A DNA stretch of 63,881 nt, filler included, from Octopus bimaculoides (taxonomy: Eukaryota), in NCBI RefSeq assembly GCF_001194135.2. It is 6 parts of 6 records of this genome, joined end to end, with 100 filler letters (N's around TTAATTAATTAA, not from the genome) between each part and the next. Parts side by side here need not be neighbours in the genome. Positions count along the whole stretch, not along the records: positions 47,997 to 62,780 come from NC_068993.1; positions 62,881 to 63,881 come from NC_069006.1; 4 more parts are not named here. One strand, given 5' to 3'. A program made the translations under genes and the position numbers. The notes below the pieces were generated by a model. It was not told where the DNA came from, searched no databases, and was given only the letters and a program-made list of their open reading frames with translations. Positions 50,409 through 63,881 of this stretch are shown one piece after another; within the stretch, counting starts at the first letter, position 1, and every line of letters starts with the position of its first letter.

Positions 50409-51627
50409 NNNNNNNNNNNNNNNNNNNNNNNNNNNNNNNNNNNNNNNNNNNNNNNNNNNNNNNNNNNNNNNNNNNNNNNNNNNNNNNNNNNNNNNNNNNN
50501 NNNNNNNNNNNNNNNNNNNNNNNNNNNNNNNNNNNNNNNNNNNNNNNNNNNNNNNNNNNNNNNNNNNNNNNNNNNNNNNNNNNNNNNNNNNNNNNNNNNN
50601 NNNNNNNNNNNNNNNNNNNNNNNNNNNNNNNNNNNNNNNNNNNNNNNNNNNNNNNNNNNNNNNNNNNNNNNNNNNNNNNNNNNNNNNNNNNNNNNNNNNN
50701 NNNNNNNNNNNNNNNNNNNNNNNNNNNNNNNNNNNNNNNNNNNNNNNNNNNNNNNNNNNNNNNNNNNNNNNNNNNNNNNNNNNNNNNNNNNNNNNNNNNN
50801 NNNNNNNNNNNNNNNNNNNNNNNNNNNNNNNNNNNNNNNNNNNNNNNNNNNNNNNNNNNNNNNNNNNNNNNNNNNNNNNNNNNNNNNNNNNNNNNNNNNN
50901 NNNNNNNNNNNNNNNNNNNNNNNNNNNNNNNNNNNNNNNNNNNNNNNNNNNNNNNNNNNNNNNNNNNNNNNNNNNNNNNNNNNNNNNNNNNNNNNNNNNN
51001 NNNNNNNNNNNNNNNNNNNNNNNNNNNNNNNNNNNNNNNNNNNNNNNNNNNNNNNNNNNNNNNNNNNNNNNNNNNNNNNNNNNNNNNNNNNNNNNNNNNN
51101 NNNNNNNNNNNNNNNNNNNNNNNNNNNNNNNNNNNNNNNNNNNNNNNTACACACACTTATTGTTCTCTTTTCCTTTATTTAGGAATAAATTCTACATAAG
51201 AAATTCATCACAACCGACTTTTTGAATTGTGCTAGAAGATGAGGAAGAAGGGTAAAAAATAAAATGAAATAAAATAAAATAAAATAAAATAAAAAAAAAG
51301 TTGGGTGTGGGTGGGCGAGTGTGTGTTGAAACTGAAACAATAGACCAATTGTTGCTAAACAATGATATAGGCTGCTTTTGTTTTTAAAGAATTATTTGGC
51401 CTTTGCTCTAACTTTCTTACTATTATTGTGCATGTATACATGTGTGAGACAAGACATATATGTACATTCATACATAAATATTTATATACATATACATATA
51501 TATATATATATATATACATATATATATTTATATGTATACATCTTCATTTTATGGATTAAAATACACATTCTATTTTCTTTACCATTATAAAACAATACAA
51601 TTTCCTACTGAACTTATTTCTATTTCA

Positions 51628-51660
<33 letters not shown>

Positions 51661-52672
51661 CATATATCTTATGCACACATACATAGGCAAAGACATGACT
51701 ATGTGATTAAGAGGTTCACTCAGTAACCATGCAGTTCTCAGTTCAATCTCACAGCATGGTACCTTGAACTGCTCAATGCCTTGAAGTGATATTTTATTAG
51801 AAAGTGCATTGAAGCCAATCCTGTTTGCTGACGATGATGATGATGAGTACTATGATGATGATGTTGATGATGATGATAATAGTGGTAGGACCCACAAAGG
51901 ATGAGAAAATGTGTTGAAAATATGAAACAGTACACTTTCAACCACAACTGCAATGAACTAACAATCAAACAATCACTTGACAGTTTAGAAATAGCAGTCG
52001 AATTTCCCTCAAATTGCATGCATCATCATCATTGAAGAAATAATTCTTTCTAAATTTTGACACAAGGCCAGCAGTTCTGAGAAGCAGAAGTCAATTACTT
52101 CAACTCCAGTGATCAACAGGAACTTGTTTTTGTGACTACATTACCCCAGAAGGATAAGATGCAAAACCAACCCTGGTGACATTTGAACACAAAATATAAG
52201 GCCTGAAGAAATACTGCCAAATATTTTGCCCTGTGTTCTAACATTTCTTGCCAGCTTGCCACCACTTGACAGCCAGTGTTGGTTTGTTTATGTCCTCATA
52301 ACTTAGCAGTTTAGCAAAACAGAATGATAGAATAAATACAAAGTTTTAGAAATAAAGCAGTGAGGCCAATTTGTTCAACTAAACCTTCCAAGACTGTGCC
52401 CCAGCATGGCCACAGTCCAATGACTGAAACAAGTAAGATATAGAAAATGATATATATGTATTTATATCTTTCATATACTCTTTTACTTGTTTCAGTCATT
52501 TGACTGCGGCCATGCTGGGGCACTGCCTTTTAGTCGAGCAAATCGACCCCAGGACTTACTTATTCTATCGGTAACCGCTAAGTTACAGGGACGCAAACAC
52601 ACCAGCCTTGGTTGTCAAGCAAAGTTGGTGGGGACAAACACGGACACACAAACATATACACACATACATATA

Positions 52673-52717
52673 CTATCAGAACTAGAGGAGAAGTTTCAGG
52701 TGTGGAAGCAAGGTCTA
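52673..52717 (+). mobile_element. RTE LINE RT-domain fragment truncated by a gap
   Basis: LSELEEKFQVWKQGL resembles the RTE motif ELE.KL..W...LE..GL.VN. Confidence 0.45.
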
Positions 52718-53336
52718 NNNNNNNNNNNNNNNNNNNNNNNNNNNNNNNNNNNNNNNNNNNNNNNNNNNNNNNNNNNNNNNNNNNNNNNNNNNNNNNNNNN
52801 NNNNNNNNNNNNNNNNNTTGCTCCAGTCCACTCAGCTGGCAAAAATGAGCAACGCTGTGATGGACTGGCCTAGTACTTATTATATTGGCCTCTTTTGCCA
52901 AACTGCTAAGTTACAGGGACCTAAACACACCAACATTGGTTGTCAAGTGGTGGTGGGGGGGACAAACACAGACACACACGACAGGCTTCTTTCAGTTTCC
53001 GCCTACCAAATCCATTCACAAGGTTTTGGTTGGCCTAAGGCTATAGTAGAAGACACTTAGCCAAGATGCCATGTAGTGGGACTGAACTTGGAAACGTGGT
53101 TGGGAAGCAAGCTTTTTACCACACACCAACGCCTGCACATATGTATATGTATGTATGTGTATTTGTGTGTAATCAGTAGTGCATTTTACATCTGTTATTC
53201 TGCCTTTCTACGCTGTCATGGGTTGGAAGAATCTTGTGTGTGTGTGTGTGCACATGGCCCTACTTAATCACACAACAAAGCACCAAGCCCATATATATAT
53301 TCATACATATATACACACACCTATCTATCTATCTGA

Positions 53337-53397
<61 letters not shown>

Positions 53398-54283
53398 TAT
53401 ATACATACACACACCCACAAACATGTTAATCATACTTAGGGGGATCTTAAAGGGAGGACTATAGATCATACACGTCTTTAAAGTTGTCCCATGAAATCTG
53501 GGCCCTTTGAAACACTTACACATACTAGCAGACAGGGCAGTAACTCCTTAAGTAATTGCCCAAACAAATGCCCAGACTAGAACCTGACCCTCCTTGTACC
53601 ACAACGCTTATTTATTATCCCTTTCTTTTTTATTTCCTCTATTTTTACTTTCGTTTCTTTCTGTGCATTGCATCATCGTGCCAATAATGGCAGGTGCCAA
53701 CAAGGGAATGCAAATGACCATGGTAATGGTGACAACAATGATGATGAGGACAATGACGACAATGATGGTGATCATAATGATAGCGATGAAGAATAGCTGC
53801 AGTGGAGGTGATGGCGGTGGCAGTGGTAGTGTTAGTTCTGAGAGCAAAACTCACTCTCCTTACCTCCAGAATAACAACAACAACAACATTAACTAACAAC
53901 GGCAGCAACAACAAGAACAAGTTAACTAGAGCAGTGGGAAATCTTATTAGAGACTAGAAAAACATATGCCAAATTACTCTATCTTAAAAACCAGATCTTC
54001 ACTGACTAAACACCACCCCTACGCTGCCAAAAATGGGGGGGTTGTGGCAAAGAGAAGTCGAGGAGGAGGACTTTGATTAATGGTGGTTGCAAGAGTAGGG
54101 GGCCCCTGTAAGGAGGCATAGAGTGTATGTGAGACCCTGTGTGTGTGTGTAGGGGATAAAGAGGTGGTGTTGGTGGGTGGGGATGGAGGGGAATTGAGCA
54201 ACGGCAATTTACTTTGGCTTGTTGAGCAGATATGATTATCTCTTTTTGCAACTATATAAAAGTACAAACCTAAATACACACAC

Positions 54284-54326
<43 letters not shown>

Positions 54327-55832
54327 NNNNNNNNNNNNNNNNNNNNNNNNNNNNNNNNNNNNNNNNNNNNNNNNNNNNNNNNNNNNNNNNNNNNNNNNNN
54401 NNNNNNNNNNNNNNNNNNNNNNNNNNNNNNNNNNNNNNNNNNNNNNNNNNNNNNNNNNNNNNNNNNNNNNNNNNNNNNNNNNNNNNNNNNNNNNNNNNNN
54501 NNNNNNNNNNNNNNNNNNNNNNNNNNNNNNNNNNNNNNNNNNNNNNNNNNNNNNNNNNNNNNNNNNNNNNNNNNNNNNNNNNNNNNNNNNNNNNNNNNNN
54601 NNNNNNNNNNNNNNNNNNNNNNNNNNNNNNNNNNNNNNNNNNNNNNNNNNNNNNNNNNNNNNNNNNNNNNNNNNNNNNNNNNNNNNNNNNNNNNNNNNNN
54701 NNNGGAAGCCCAGGAGTTGATTTTTATCTCGTGAAACACACAAAAAAGTCATTTATGTAAAAATATGATGTTGACAAAATACATTAACTCTCCGTGTTAC
54801 TGCAGGCGTATGTGTGTGGAAAGTGTGCGTGCATGCATGGATATCACTGCGTGTATGTGCCTGAATATGTCTGTAAGTTGCTGAACTAGCGCCAAAGAAA
54901 ACATGACTAAAGGCCCACATCTGAGCAAAAAAAAAAAAAACCCCAAAATAAAAAACAGTTTTTTAAGAAACAGAATATAAAGGAAAGAGAACCCTGCATT
55001 GCTATTATAAAGATTACAGTCTGAGGTTTGACTGGTTTCACTGTTTGTTTTTATAGAATATTTGCGAAGAATATTTATCTGCCCAAGACTGAATAATTGT
55101 GATGGAATTAATGGATTAATGGTTGAGTGCATTAACACTATACTTCAGATTTTTAATCCATTGTAAGTGTCTCTTTTGCATGCGTGTAGAGAAGTTTTCC
55201 TTATAGTAAGTTCTGCTGCTCATTGCTGTGGTCAGTGATACAAGTCTCCCATGGTGTGAACATATGGGGTAAAATGGAATTCTAATAATTAGTGGTCAAA
55301 AAAGGATTGAATACCAGATCGTTTGAAAACATTGCCTGTGATCATCCACAAGGATGATATCTATACGGGAAGAAATCATAGTTCATGCTTATCCCCAAGC
55401 CAACCCTTATTAAGCAGTCCTATAGTGAAAGGCATGTCAGCCACAACATCCCATCTAGTTTTAAAGCAATGCATTGTGGACTTCTAAAGATGCTATGGTT
55501 TGAATTGAAGGAGAGACATGGCTATTATTTCTAGCAGTTTAATCAATCAGGAAGAAAACCTTTTTGTTGGTTCATGTCTTCACTGAAGTATCAAGAATAA
55601 ATAGGAAATCATTGGAAAAAATGTAAAAATTCACCTGGCATTGTATTCTATCCATGTTATCTGTTGAATATCACAAACCAGATTTTAACACTTTTGTTAC
55701 CCCAAATTTCTATTGAAAAATATTACATTTGTTTCAATTACTTCTGAAAATAATGGAAAATTGACTAAAATAACCTTGCCATTACCAAGAACATTTGAAA
55801 ATGTTGCCTGTGATCATCCACATTATTAAGTG

Positions 55833-55866
<34 letters not shown>

Positions 55867-56585
55867 CAACCAATACATCCAGAAACTGTTTCATTTGGAA
55901 CAGATTAACATGAAATTTTGATGGAAGGTTTCAATTTAGTTGGAATTTGGAACCATAGTACCAAAAGGCAGTACTGAGCAGTGTAGAGTAAGAAAGGTTG
56001 GGAATCACAGTCCTTTAGTGGTGCTCCAACAGTCTTTGAGCTGTTCTATAAGAATAAATTCCACTTGAGGTAATATCAAACCTCACTGGTTATGTGGTGA
56101 GCAGTTAATAACAGTGATATATTTGGGGATATCGTTATTCAGATTACTGATGATGGCTAAAATAATAAACATAACAAGCATGATATTTGATATCTTTGTT
56201 CTATCTCTTTTTGTTAGTTAAAGACTGCTTGATCTTATGTCTTTAGTCATTATTCACAGATATACATATATATATGTATATATATATATAAGAAATCCTC
56301 TCATTTAACAGAGGAGAAGGCTTGGTTTGAACTTTGGAAGCTGTCAGCTGGACAAGCATAATCAAATTGTTTATTTTTAATAACATCAAAAAGACCTCTG
56401 AGTGAAGTCTTTTTTATTTTCATGTTGTGTTAAAAAAAGAATTAAATAAAATATGAAAAAAAAGTTTGACAAAAAATTTTTGCCAGAAATTGCTACCCAT
56501 TTGTGTTGAACAGCTGGCTTCATTAAAACAAAAGGGAAATGTAAAGTTACACACAAACACACAGTGTATAAGAAAAACTCTTCAA

Positions 56586-56633
<48 letters not shown>

Positions 56634-56774
56634 TGTGTTAGAGAAGTGTTTATGTCATAGATTGTGTAGACAGCCTTTTATCAACGTGAATAAGGCAAAA
56701 CTTACCTCATCCACACATAAATATATATTTACATATATACTCACACACACACACACATATATATATATACTTAT

Positions 56775-56825
<51 letters not shown>

Positions 56826-57361
56826 CTTATATTTACACACACACACACACATATGTAATTCTAAAGAAATGGTAAAAATAAACTTGTTAGGAAAAACCAA
56901 ATTCCGACAAAACACCAAAAAGAAACAAGACCAGCATAGTTAACAAATATCTTTGGGAAGAACTCAGCAATGACCACACCACCAAAATATAATAGACATG
57001 CACAACTTGGTATATCCTTCCAATACCAACCCACACAAGATACTGATCTAGTTCTACCACAAATAGCCTTTCAAAGTGGCATTTAAAATACAACTTCTGA
57101 TCTACTATATTATTGAAGAATCAATCACTTCGCCAGGGTAAAGGGCATATCTCATAACCTTTGAGATTGACGGAAGGGAGGAAAATAAGCAGGGTTCTGG
57201 GCTGAATAATTGTGGATTCTGTTTAAAAAATCGAAAGAGGTGATAGTGTTACAATGAAAATCTATTAGAGACCAAGGACAGACAAGATTATAGGTGAAGA
57301 CTTGGACATAGAACAAAGCCCTTGCTGGCATATGAGAAAGAGGATATAGAAATGTGAATGA

Positions 57362-57403
<42 letters not shown>

Positions 57404-57551
57404 CCGTTTCTTCAGGGTTTTTACTTTAATATCCTTCAATTTAACTGTTTAAGTTTTTTTTATTTATCTATACTTCCTGGTATGATGTAGAGTTGCTCAT
57501 TAAGTTAGATGCGAGCTATCTTCAATTCAAGTTTTGATTAGATAATCAATT

Positions 57552-57604
<53 letters not shown>

Positions 57605-58274
57605 GTGACAAGACACTGATGAGGTGAAATGCATGATTACATAATGTCTCTACTTGTTATATAATTATTTTGGCATTTTACTGAAACATGTGTTTGTTGT
57701 ATAAAGCTATATAAGAATGTAGGCTTGAAACATCAAAGACTATTCCATTCTTCCTGAGCATCAAACTAATACACCTGCTTGTTGTTCTCTTGCCTGTTTC
57801 CATCTTTTTGTTTTCTGTAAATTTGAACTTATATACTTTTTACAATAATACATATTAATTAACTTTTTACAAGGAAATGGTTGATTGTAATTTAGGAATT
57901 TCAGCTTGTTTGTTCTCATCAGACAGAGTGATAACAGCAAGCAATCAGAAACTTCAGAGTCACTATCAACAATTCCCTTGTAAAGACTAACACACACACA
58001 CACACACACACAAGTAAGTGCATAAATGCAAAACAAGGTGGGAAAATAGTACTCAAATACCGAAGATAGAGTAATATACTTTTTTTTATTGAAGTCTTGA
58101 TCACAAGTGTCCTACGAATGGGAACGTGAAATTCTGAGGAACAGTTTTTGTGATGTTTGTGCAGCTTTAATTTAAAAAAAAGTATATATGTGTGTGTGTG
58201 TGTATGTGTGGATGTAAAATTTGTGATGATGAAATCTGCTGGAGTTTGAAGTCTCAAATCTCACCAGTGGTAGC

Positions 58275-58306
<32 letters not shown>

Positions 58307-59987
58307 CGACGACAATAGTAACAGCAACAGCAGCAGTATTTAATAACTGTTTATAGTATAATTTCATTTTGAATAAACAATTTTGCTTTGCAGAACGTCT
58401 TTTGTATGATAAACTACATCCGGTTATTCCAAAAGTTCCTTGCTTATTCTTCTAGTCCTCAACGTGATGATGTAAACGTTGCTTACTCTTTTTCTTCCCT
58501 TTTCTTACTCTTTTTGTTTTGTTTTTTTTTTGTTTTCAACGTAAAAAACAAACCTAAAGGGAGGAAATGAAATTGGCCATTCGCACACAACTCCGCTCTT
58601 TTTTTCTTCCATTTTTCTCTTTCATTTTTACTTTTGCCACGAGGGTGGGGGGAAGCATTGAGATGAAGTGGTTGGGGATGGCAAATTTATAAAGAACTAT
58701 GCTTCCTGTTATATTAGGGTGGCAATTCTCTCCTACCCTCCTTCCCCCAATCCCCAAACTAACCCCACCCCACCACCACCTCACTATTTAACTCAGCTGT
58801 CCTTAAGATGAACCAGCAAAACTATGGATGTTAGTATTGGAAACAACATAAGCTGATTTTGTGTGCATGTGAATGTGTGCGTGTATATACATGCACACAT
58901 ATGTAATATATATATACATATATATATAAAGCAGCTAAAGCTCAGTCCTGAGTTATATAAATTTATAGAGCCAGTTTCCTGGTTTTTGTGGTGTATATAC
59001 TACCCCCTGGATGGGTTGCTGGTCCATCGCAGGAATACTTACTTTTGCTGAGTGGACCAGAGCAACATGAAACGAAATGTTTTGCAGAAGAACACAATGT
59101 CCAGGAAATTGAAACCACAATCTTATGATCATGAGTGCAACACCCTAACCACTAAGCCACGTGCTTATGCTTAAAAGGGTTATGATTCCAAGGTTGAAGA
59201 TTGTGCAATAGTCAAGAATCCAAAAGCTGCGATAACCATAAAGAAGGCTTCTGTTTCTCAGTAATCTTTCAATCTAAAGCATGGGATCAGAGTAAAGCTT
59301 ACATTTAAAGATAAGCTGTTATTTGAAGTTTAACTTTGATAAAACTAGATAATATTTAATAAATAGAGATTTCAATTTTTTTCTTACTTTCTTTTCTATC
59401 TAAGCATGCAACAGGGAGAAGTTTGTTATAGAAAACTGAAACAGCTACTGTTTTTGCACTAATTCTAAAACCTCTACCAATTCACTCTATCATCCATCTT
59501 TACCATCAGCACAGGAAAATAGCAAAGAAGTTGATTCTTGACATCGTTTGACATTGCAAAATCAGAAGGAACTCCAAAATAATTCCTGGTACTTTGTCTA
59601 CCCAGTTATTTTAACCATTTTGGTGTCAGCTCACCTGAGACCTTTCTTGTCTTCTTTGAAATAAACCTCTTTTAAAATGATCTGAATTAAAATCCTTCAT
59701 TAAGATTTCATATTAATTTATGTTTCAAAACAAGTTTTACTGAATTCCTAATCATTTTCAAAATTAACTGAAACAAAAACCAGTGTATTTCAACACAAAT
59801 ATGGTAATGAAAGGGTGAATAGGGGTTTCTTATTTAGGCACAAGAACAGTAATTTTGACAGGCAGGGAGTTAGTTGATTCCATTAAGCCCCTCAGACTTA
59901 ATTTTTAACAACAATGACAATACAAACCAGTGTTAGAAATGTATGATTTTGAAGAACTAAAACCACCCCTCTCACAAATAACCCTCT

Positions 59988-60212
59988 TTGACCCTTTCAG
60001 CATTCAGATTAATCCACCAAATGTAATGCTTATCCATTCACATTGTTTTTAATTAACCATGCTACATCTCATAGCTTTGAGATTTCCATGATGAGGTTGT
60101 TTTATTTAAGAATAACATTGTAGGTTATGCGTGAGAGGCCAGATATGCCTGTTTTGAATATAGAACAGAATATTTGAACCAGATAATGCCAATTTAAATG
60201 CTAAATGGTTAA
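59988..60212. mobile_element. Decayed TTAA-flanked (piggyBac-type) MITE
   Basis: Termini TTGA-CCCTTTCAGCATTCA and TAAATGCTAAATGG-TTAA are near reverse complements; AT-rich interior. Confidence 0.45.
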
Positions 60213-62380
60213 TCTAGCCTGTCCAAGCCTCTTCTTTTGTCTCCTACAGCTAGTCCTGATGGTGAACAAAGACCTAGTGGAGGACATCTTTGTCTGAGCA
60301 AAGTCTGTTCTTCATAATTCACCGAGATTGATGTGGAACAAAATAAAAACTGCGCATCATTCTAAGATATTTCTTCTGTTTCTCTAATATCCATTCTTTG
60401 GTTCAAAACAGTGAAGGAGGAAATATTGATTTGCATTTTCTGGACTAATGCACAAAGACTGTCACATATCTTGTCAATGTATTTTAGACGAGAGCTGTGA
60501 GGAGAGGGGGATGAGTTCCTCAACGGCACAGGGGCATAAATTAAATAAAATAAAGCGTGGAAGGTGTGTGTGTGTGGGGGGAAATAGCTTCAAGTGAGAA
60601 TGAAACTTGGTTACAAATCCAGCAACTTGCAGAAGAATAAATGCTTTACTTTTATAGAAATGAAATAAATAAGTAAATAAATAAAATAAAGTAAACCAAG
60701 CTCACCCTACCCAACCCTTCCACCCCTAATCCAAAAATAAAAATAAATAAATAAAATGAACATTTCAGTGGCTGAATTTAAAGATTTTTTTCTAAAAATT
60801 TCAATAAATCAGACTCAATCTTTCACTTTTTGCAGAAAAATTGGAATTTAGCATCGAGGCAGAATTTCTTTCCATGTGTACACACACACACACACAGATG
60901 TATATAGACATGCATTCACATACATAGACACATGCACACACATACATGCATACATATCTTAATGTAATAAAATATAGTTATTAAATGAGTTTTTCTTTAA
61001 AAAAAAGTAAGAAACTCTGAACTATTAAAAAAATTGAAATTTGTTAAAAAAAAAGGTTCCAAGTATCTGAGGAATACATGAAATGGAAACTAAAGTCAGA
61101 TAGGAATGGCACATTAGAAGATTCATTTAGACAAGAAAACCCAAAGACAAAAAAGAAAAAAAAAAGTATTCTCTCAGGTGTTCCAGAGCATCAGAGCTGA
61201 TCAACAACAGAAGAGGGGGGGAGAGAAAAAATTGGTCAGTTGAGGCCACAAATGGAATGTCACAATGTTGTAAACATTATAGAGAAGGAAGTTTATTGCT
61301 TACAGATTATATTAAAACACTTAGTGGGTGGTGAAGTGTGGGGACATGCAAATTGAAGAAAAAAAAAAGTATTCTCTCAGGTGTTCCAGAGCATCAGAGC
61401 TGATCAACAACAGNNNNNNNNNNNNNNNNNNNNNNNNNNNNNNNNNNNNNNNNNNNNNNNNNNNNNNNNNNNNNNNNNNNNNNNNNNNNNNNNNNNNNNN
61501 NNNNNNNNNNNNNNNNNNNNNNNNNNNNNNNNNNNNNNNNNNNNNNNNNNNNNNNNNNNNNNNNNNNNNNNNNNNNNNNNNNNNNNNNNNNNNNNNNNNN
61601 NNNNNNNNNNNNNNNNNNNNNNNNNNNNNNNNNNNNNNNNNNNNNNNNNNNNNNNNNNNATACACCTTTTTTTTCTTTTACTTGTTTCAGTCATTTGACT
61701 GCAGCCATGCTGGAGCACTGCCTTTAGTCGAGCAAATCGACCCCAGGACTTATTCTTTGTAAGCCTAGTACTTATTCTATCGGTCTCTTTTGCCGAACCG
61801 CTAAGTTACGGGGACGTAGACACAGAGACACAAACACACACACATATATATATATATATATGACGAGCCTCTTTCAGTTTCCGTCTACCAAATCCACTCA
61901 CAAGGCTTTGGTCGGCCCGAGGCTATAGTAGAGGACACTTGTCCAAGATGCCACGCAGTGAGACTGAACCCGGAACCATGTGGTTGGTAAGCAAGCTACT
62001 TACTACTATATATATATATAAATTATATTACAAGCCACTGGTTTAAATTTATGTTAATTGTTTAATATCAATTTCTACCCTCATATATATATATATATAC
62101 ATATATAATATTCAGTTGTAATACAGACAATTTTACATTAATCTGATGGATTACTCAATACTTTTGCAGAGTACAAATTTATCATACAGTAACTTCGAAG
62201 TTTCAGCCAGCTAAGCTGTTGTTAATCTGTGATACATTAGAGTTAATCTTGCCTTTATAAAGTCTCTGCCGAGTTAACTCTAATGCATCGCAGACCCATG
62301 ATGGATTAGCTGGTTGAAACTTTGGAGTCACTGTCATGAACATTTTTGCTTAAGAATAATGAATACACACACACACAGAG

Positions 62381-62423
<43 letters not shown>

Positions 62424-62731
62424 TATACATACACAAACACATATATGTTTGTTCCACTATGTATGTATGTATCTACATAAATGCCAGTAAAGACATGTTT
62501 TATTTCAATCACTTAAGGATATGAAGGTTGATAAAAAAAAAATAAAAACGAAAAAAAAAACCTTCAAAAAACTTTCAACTCCTTTCTCAGCCAATAGGTG
62601 GAATATATAATACAATATCTGTACGTATATAGCAAATGCCTTTATAAACACATCAATAAACAAGAGGGTGTATATATGTATCAGTTCATTATACATATAT
62701 TTATATACAAATGTATGTGTGTGTGTATGCA

Positions 62732-62780
<49 letters not shown>

Positions 62781-62880
62781 NNNNNNNNNNNNNNNNNNNN
62801 NNNNNNNNNNNNNNNNNNNNNNNNTTAATTAATTAANNNNNNNNNNNNNNNNNNNNNNNNNNNNNNNNNNNNNNNNNNNN
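62781..62880. other. Artificial scaffold linker N44-TTAATTAATTAA-N44
   Basis: Same 100-bp structure. Confidence 0.95.
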
Positions 62881-63268
62881 TCCAGAGAGAAACGCAATCT
62901 TTTAGGATGATAATGCACCATTTCACACAGCTAAAGTTGTTACTGAATGGCACGAGGAACATTCTAGTAAAGTTGAACATCTTATGTGGCCACCACAGTC
63001 CCCAGATCTCAATATTATTGAACATTTATGGTGCAGTTTAGAAAAACAAGTAATGAGTCAATATCCTCCACCATCATCACTACAAGAACTGGAGACTGTT
63101 TTAGCTGAAGAATGGACAAAAATTCCTTTGGAAACAATTCAAACTTTGTACAAGTCCATACCTCATAAAATTCAAGCTGTAATTACTGCCAAAGGTGGTC
63201 CTACCCCATATTAAAATAAATTTGTTTGAAATTTTAAGGTGTTTCCATTATTTTGTCCAATCCCTGTA
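62881..63268 (+). mobile_element. Tc1 (DD34E) transposase C-terminal half plus right TIR; pseudogene truncated at a linker
   Basis: IF*DDNAPFHTAKVVTEWHEEH...LMWPPQSPDLNIIEHLW...QAVITAKGGPTPY* (stop 63212-63214); QDDNA is mutated to TAG; TIR GTTTCCATTATTTTGTCCAATCCCTG-TA. Confidence 0.92.
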
Positions 63269-63881
63269 TATATACATAAAAATATATACAATGGGCTTCT
63301 TTTCAGTTTCCAGCTACCAAATCCACTCACAAGTCTTTGGTCAGCCCGAGGCTATAGTAGAGGATACTTGCCCAAGGTGCCATGCAGTGGGACTGAACCC
63401 AGAACCATGTGGTTGGGAAGCAAGCTGCTTACTACACAGCCACTCCTGCACCTAGATATATCTATAAAAGCCAACGCGCCCTCTCCACTTGAAAGTGTTT
63501 TTTTTTTGTCTTGCAAGTACTTGGTGACCCTGTCAGTGCAGGTGCCACTTAAAAGCATCCAGTCCACACTGTAAAGTGGATGGTGTTCGGAAGGGCGTCC
63601 AACTGTAAAAACCTTGCCAAAACTGACCTCATCTGCGCTTGTGTCATGTGAAAAACACTAAGTCCACTCTGCTGAGTGGTTGGTGTTAGGAAGGGCATCC
63701 AGCTGTAAAAATCCTACCAAAACAGTTACAGAACAGCTCTTGTGGAACCATCCCACTCATGCTACCATGGAAGACAGACTTTAAATGATGATGATGATTA
63801 TGATATACACACACACATGCACATTGTTTGGAGTTCAATTCTCACTACTCAACAAGGCTAAGGTAGAAGACACTTGCCCAA

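Noticed and set aside
53594-53920. 100-aa Met/Thr/Gly-rich ORF and its antisense ORFs
   Set aside because: Degenerate (GAT/GGT/CAA)n trinucleotide low-complexity sequence; no convincing splice context.
61155-61413. ~56-bp direct repeat (…GTATTCTCTCAGGTGTTCCAGAGCATCAGAGCTGATCAACAACAG)
   Set aside because: The second copy ends exactly at a gap; probably an assembly duplication, and not decidable without reads.

Overview
AT-rich, microsatellite- and SINE-saturated animal genomic DNA with many N gaps. The repeat landscape suggests an octopod cephalopod, probably Octopus; this is an inference and was not database-checked. Five artificial N44-TTAATTAATTAA-N44 linkers cut the window into six joined pieces, so neighbourhood across them is not biological evidence. 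One host coding exon is well supported: 48313-48998 on the minus strand, a Ser/Pro-rich transcription-factor exon with a poly-Ala tract and a PLNLS CtBP-type motif. It resembles SoxD (Sox5/6), but no HMG box was found in the window. A second candidate gene is an orphan 178-aa ORF (42641-43177, plus) in a splice-site-bounded exon, ending in a PP1-docking-like KVVKF...TVYEI motif. The rest is decayed mobile DNA: several Tc1/mariner lineages, a pogo/Tigger remnant, MITE/foldback elements (two carrying TTAGGG-like tracts), RTE, R4/Dong-like and HERO/NeSL-like LINE ends, a Penelope-type minimal hammerhead motif and about six SINE families. Nearly all long ORFs in the supplied track are gap or microsatellite artefacts. 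I cannot confirm a new biological system. The best leads are the orphan PP1-docking ORF, two candidate exons sharing a 12-mer at the same offset, the telomeric-repeat-bearing foldback elements, and dsRNA-forming structures that could be ADAR substrates.
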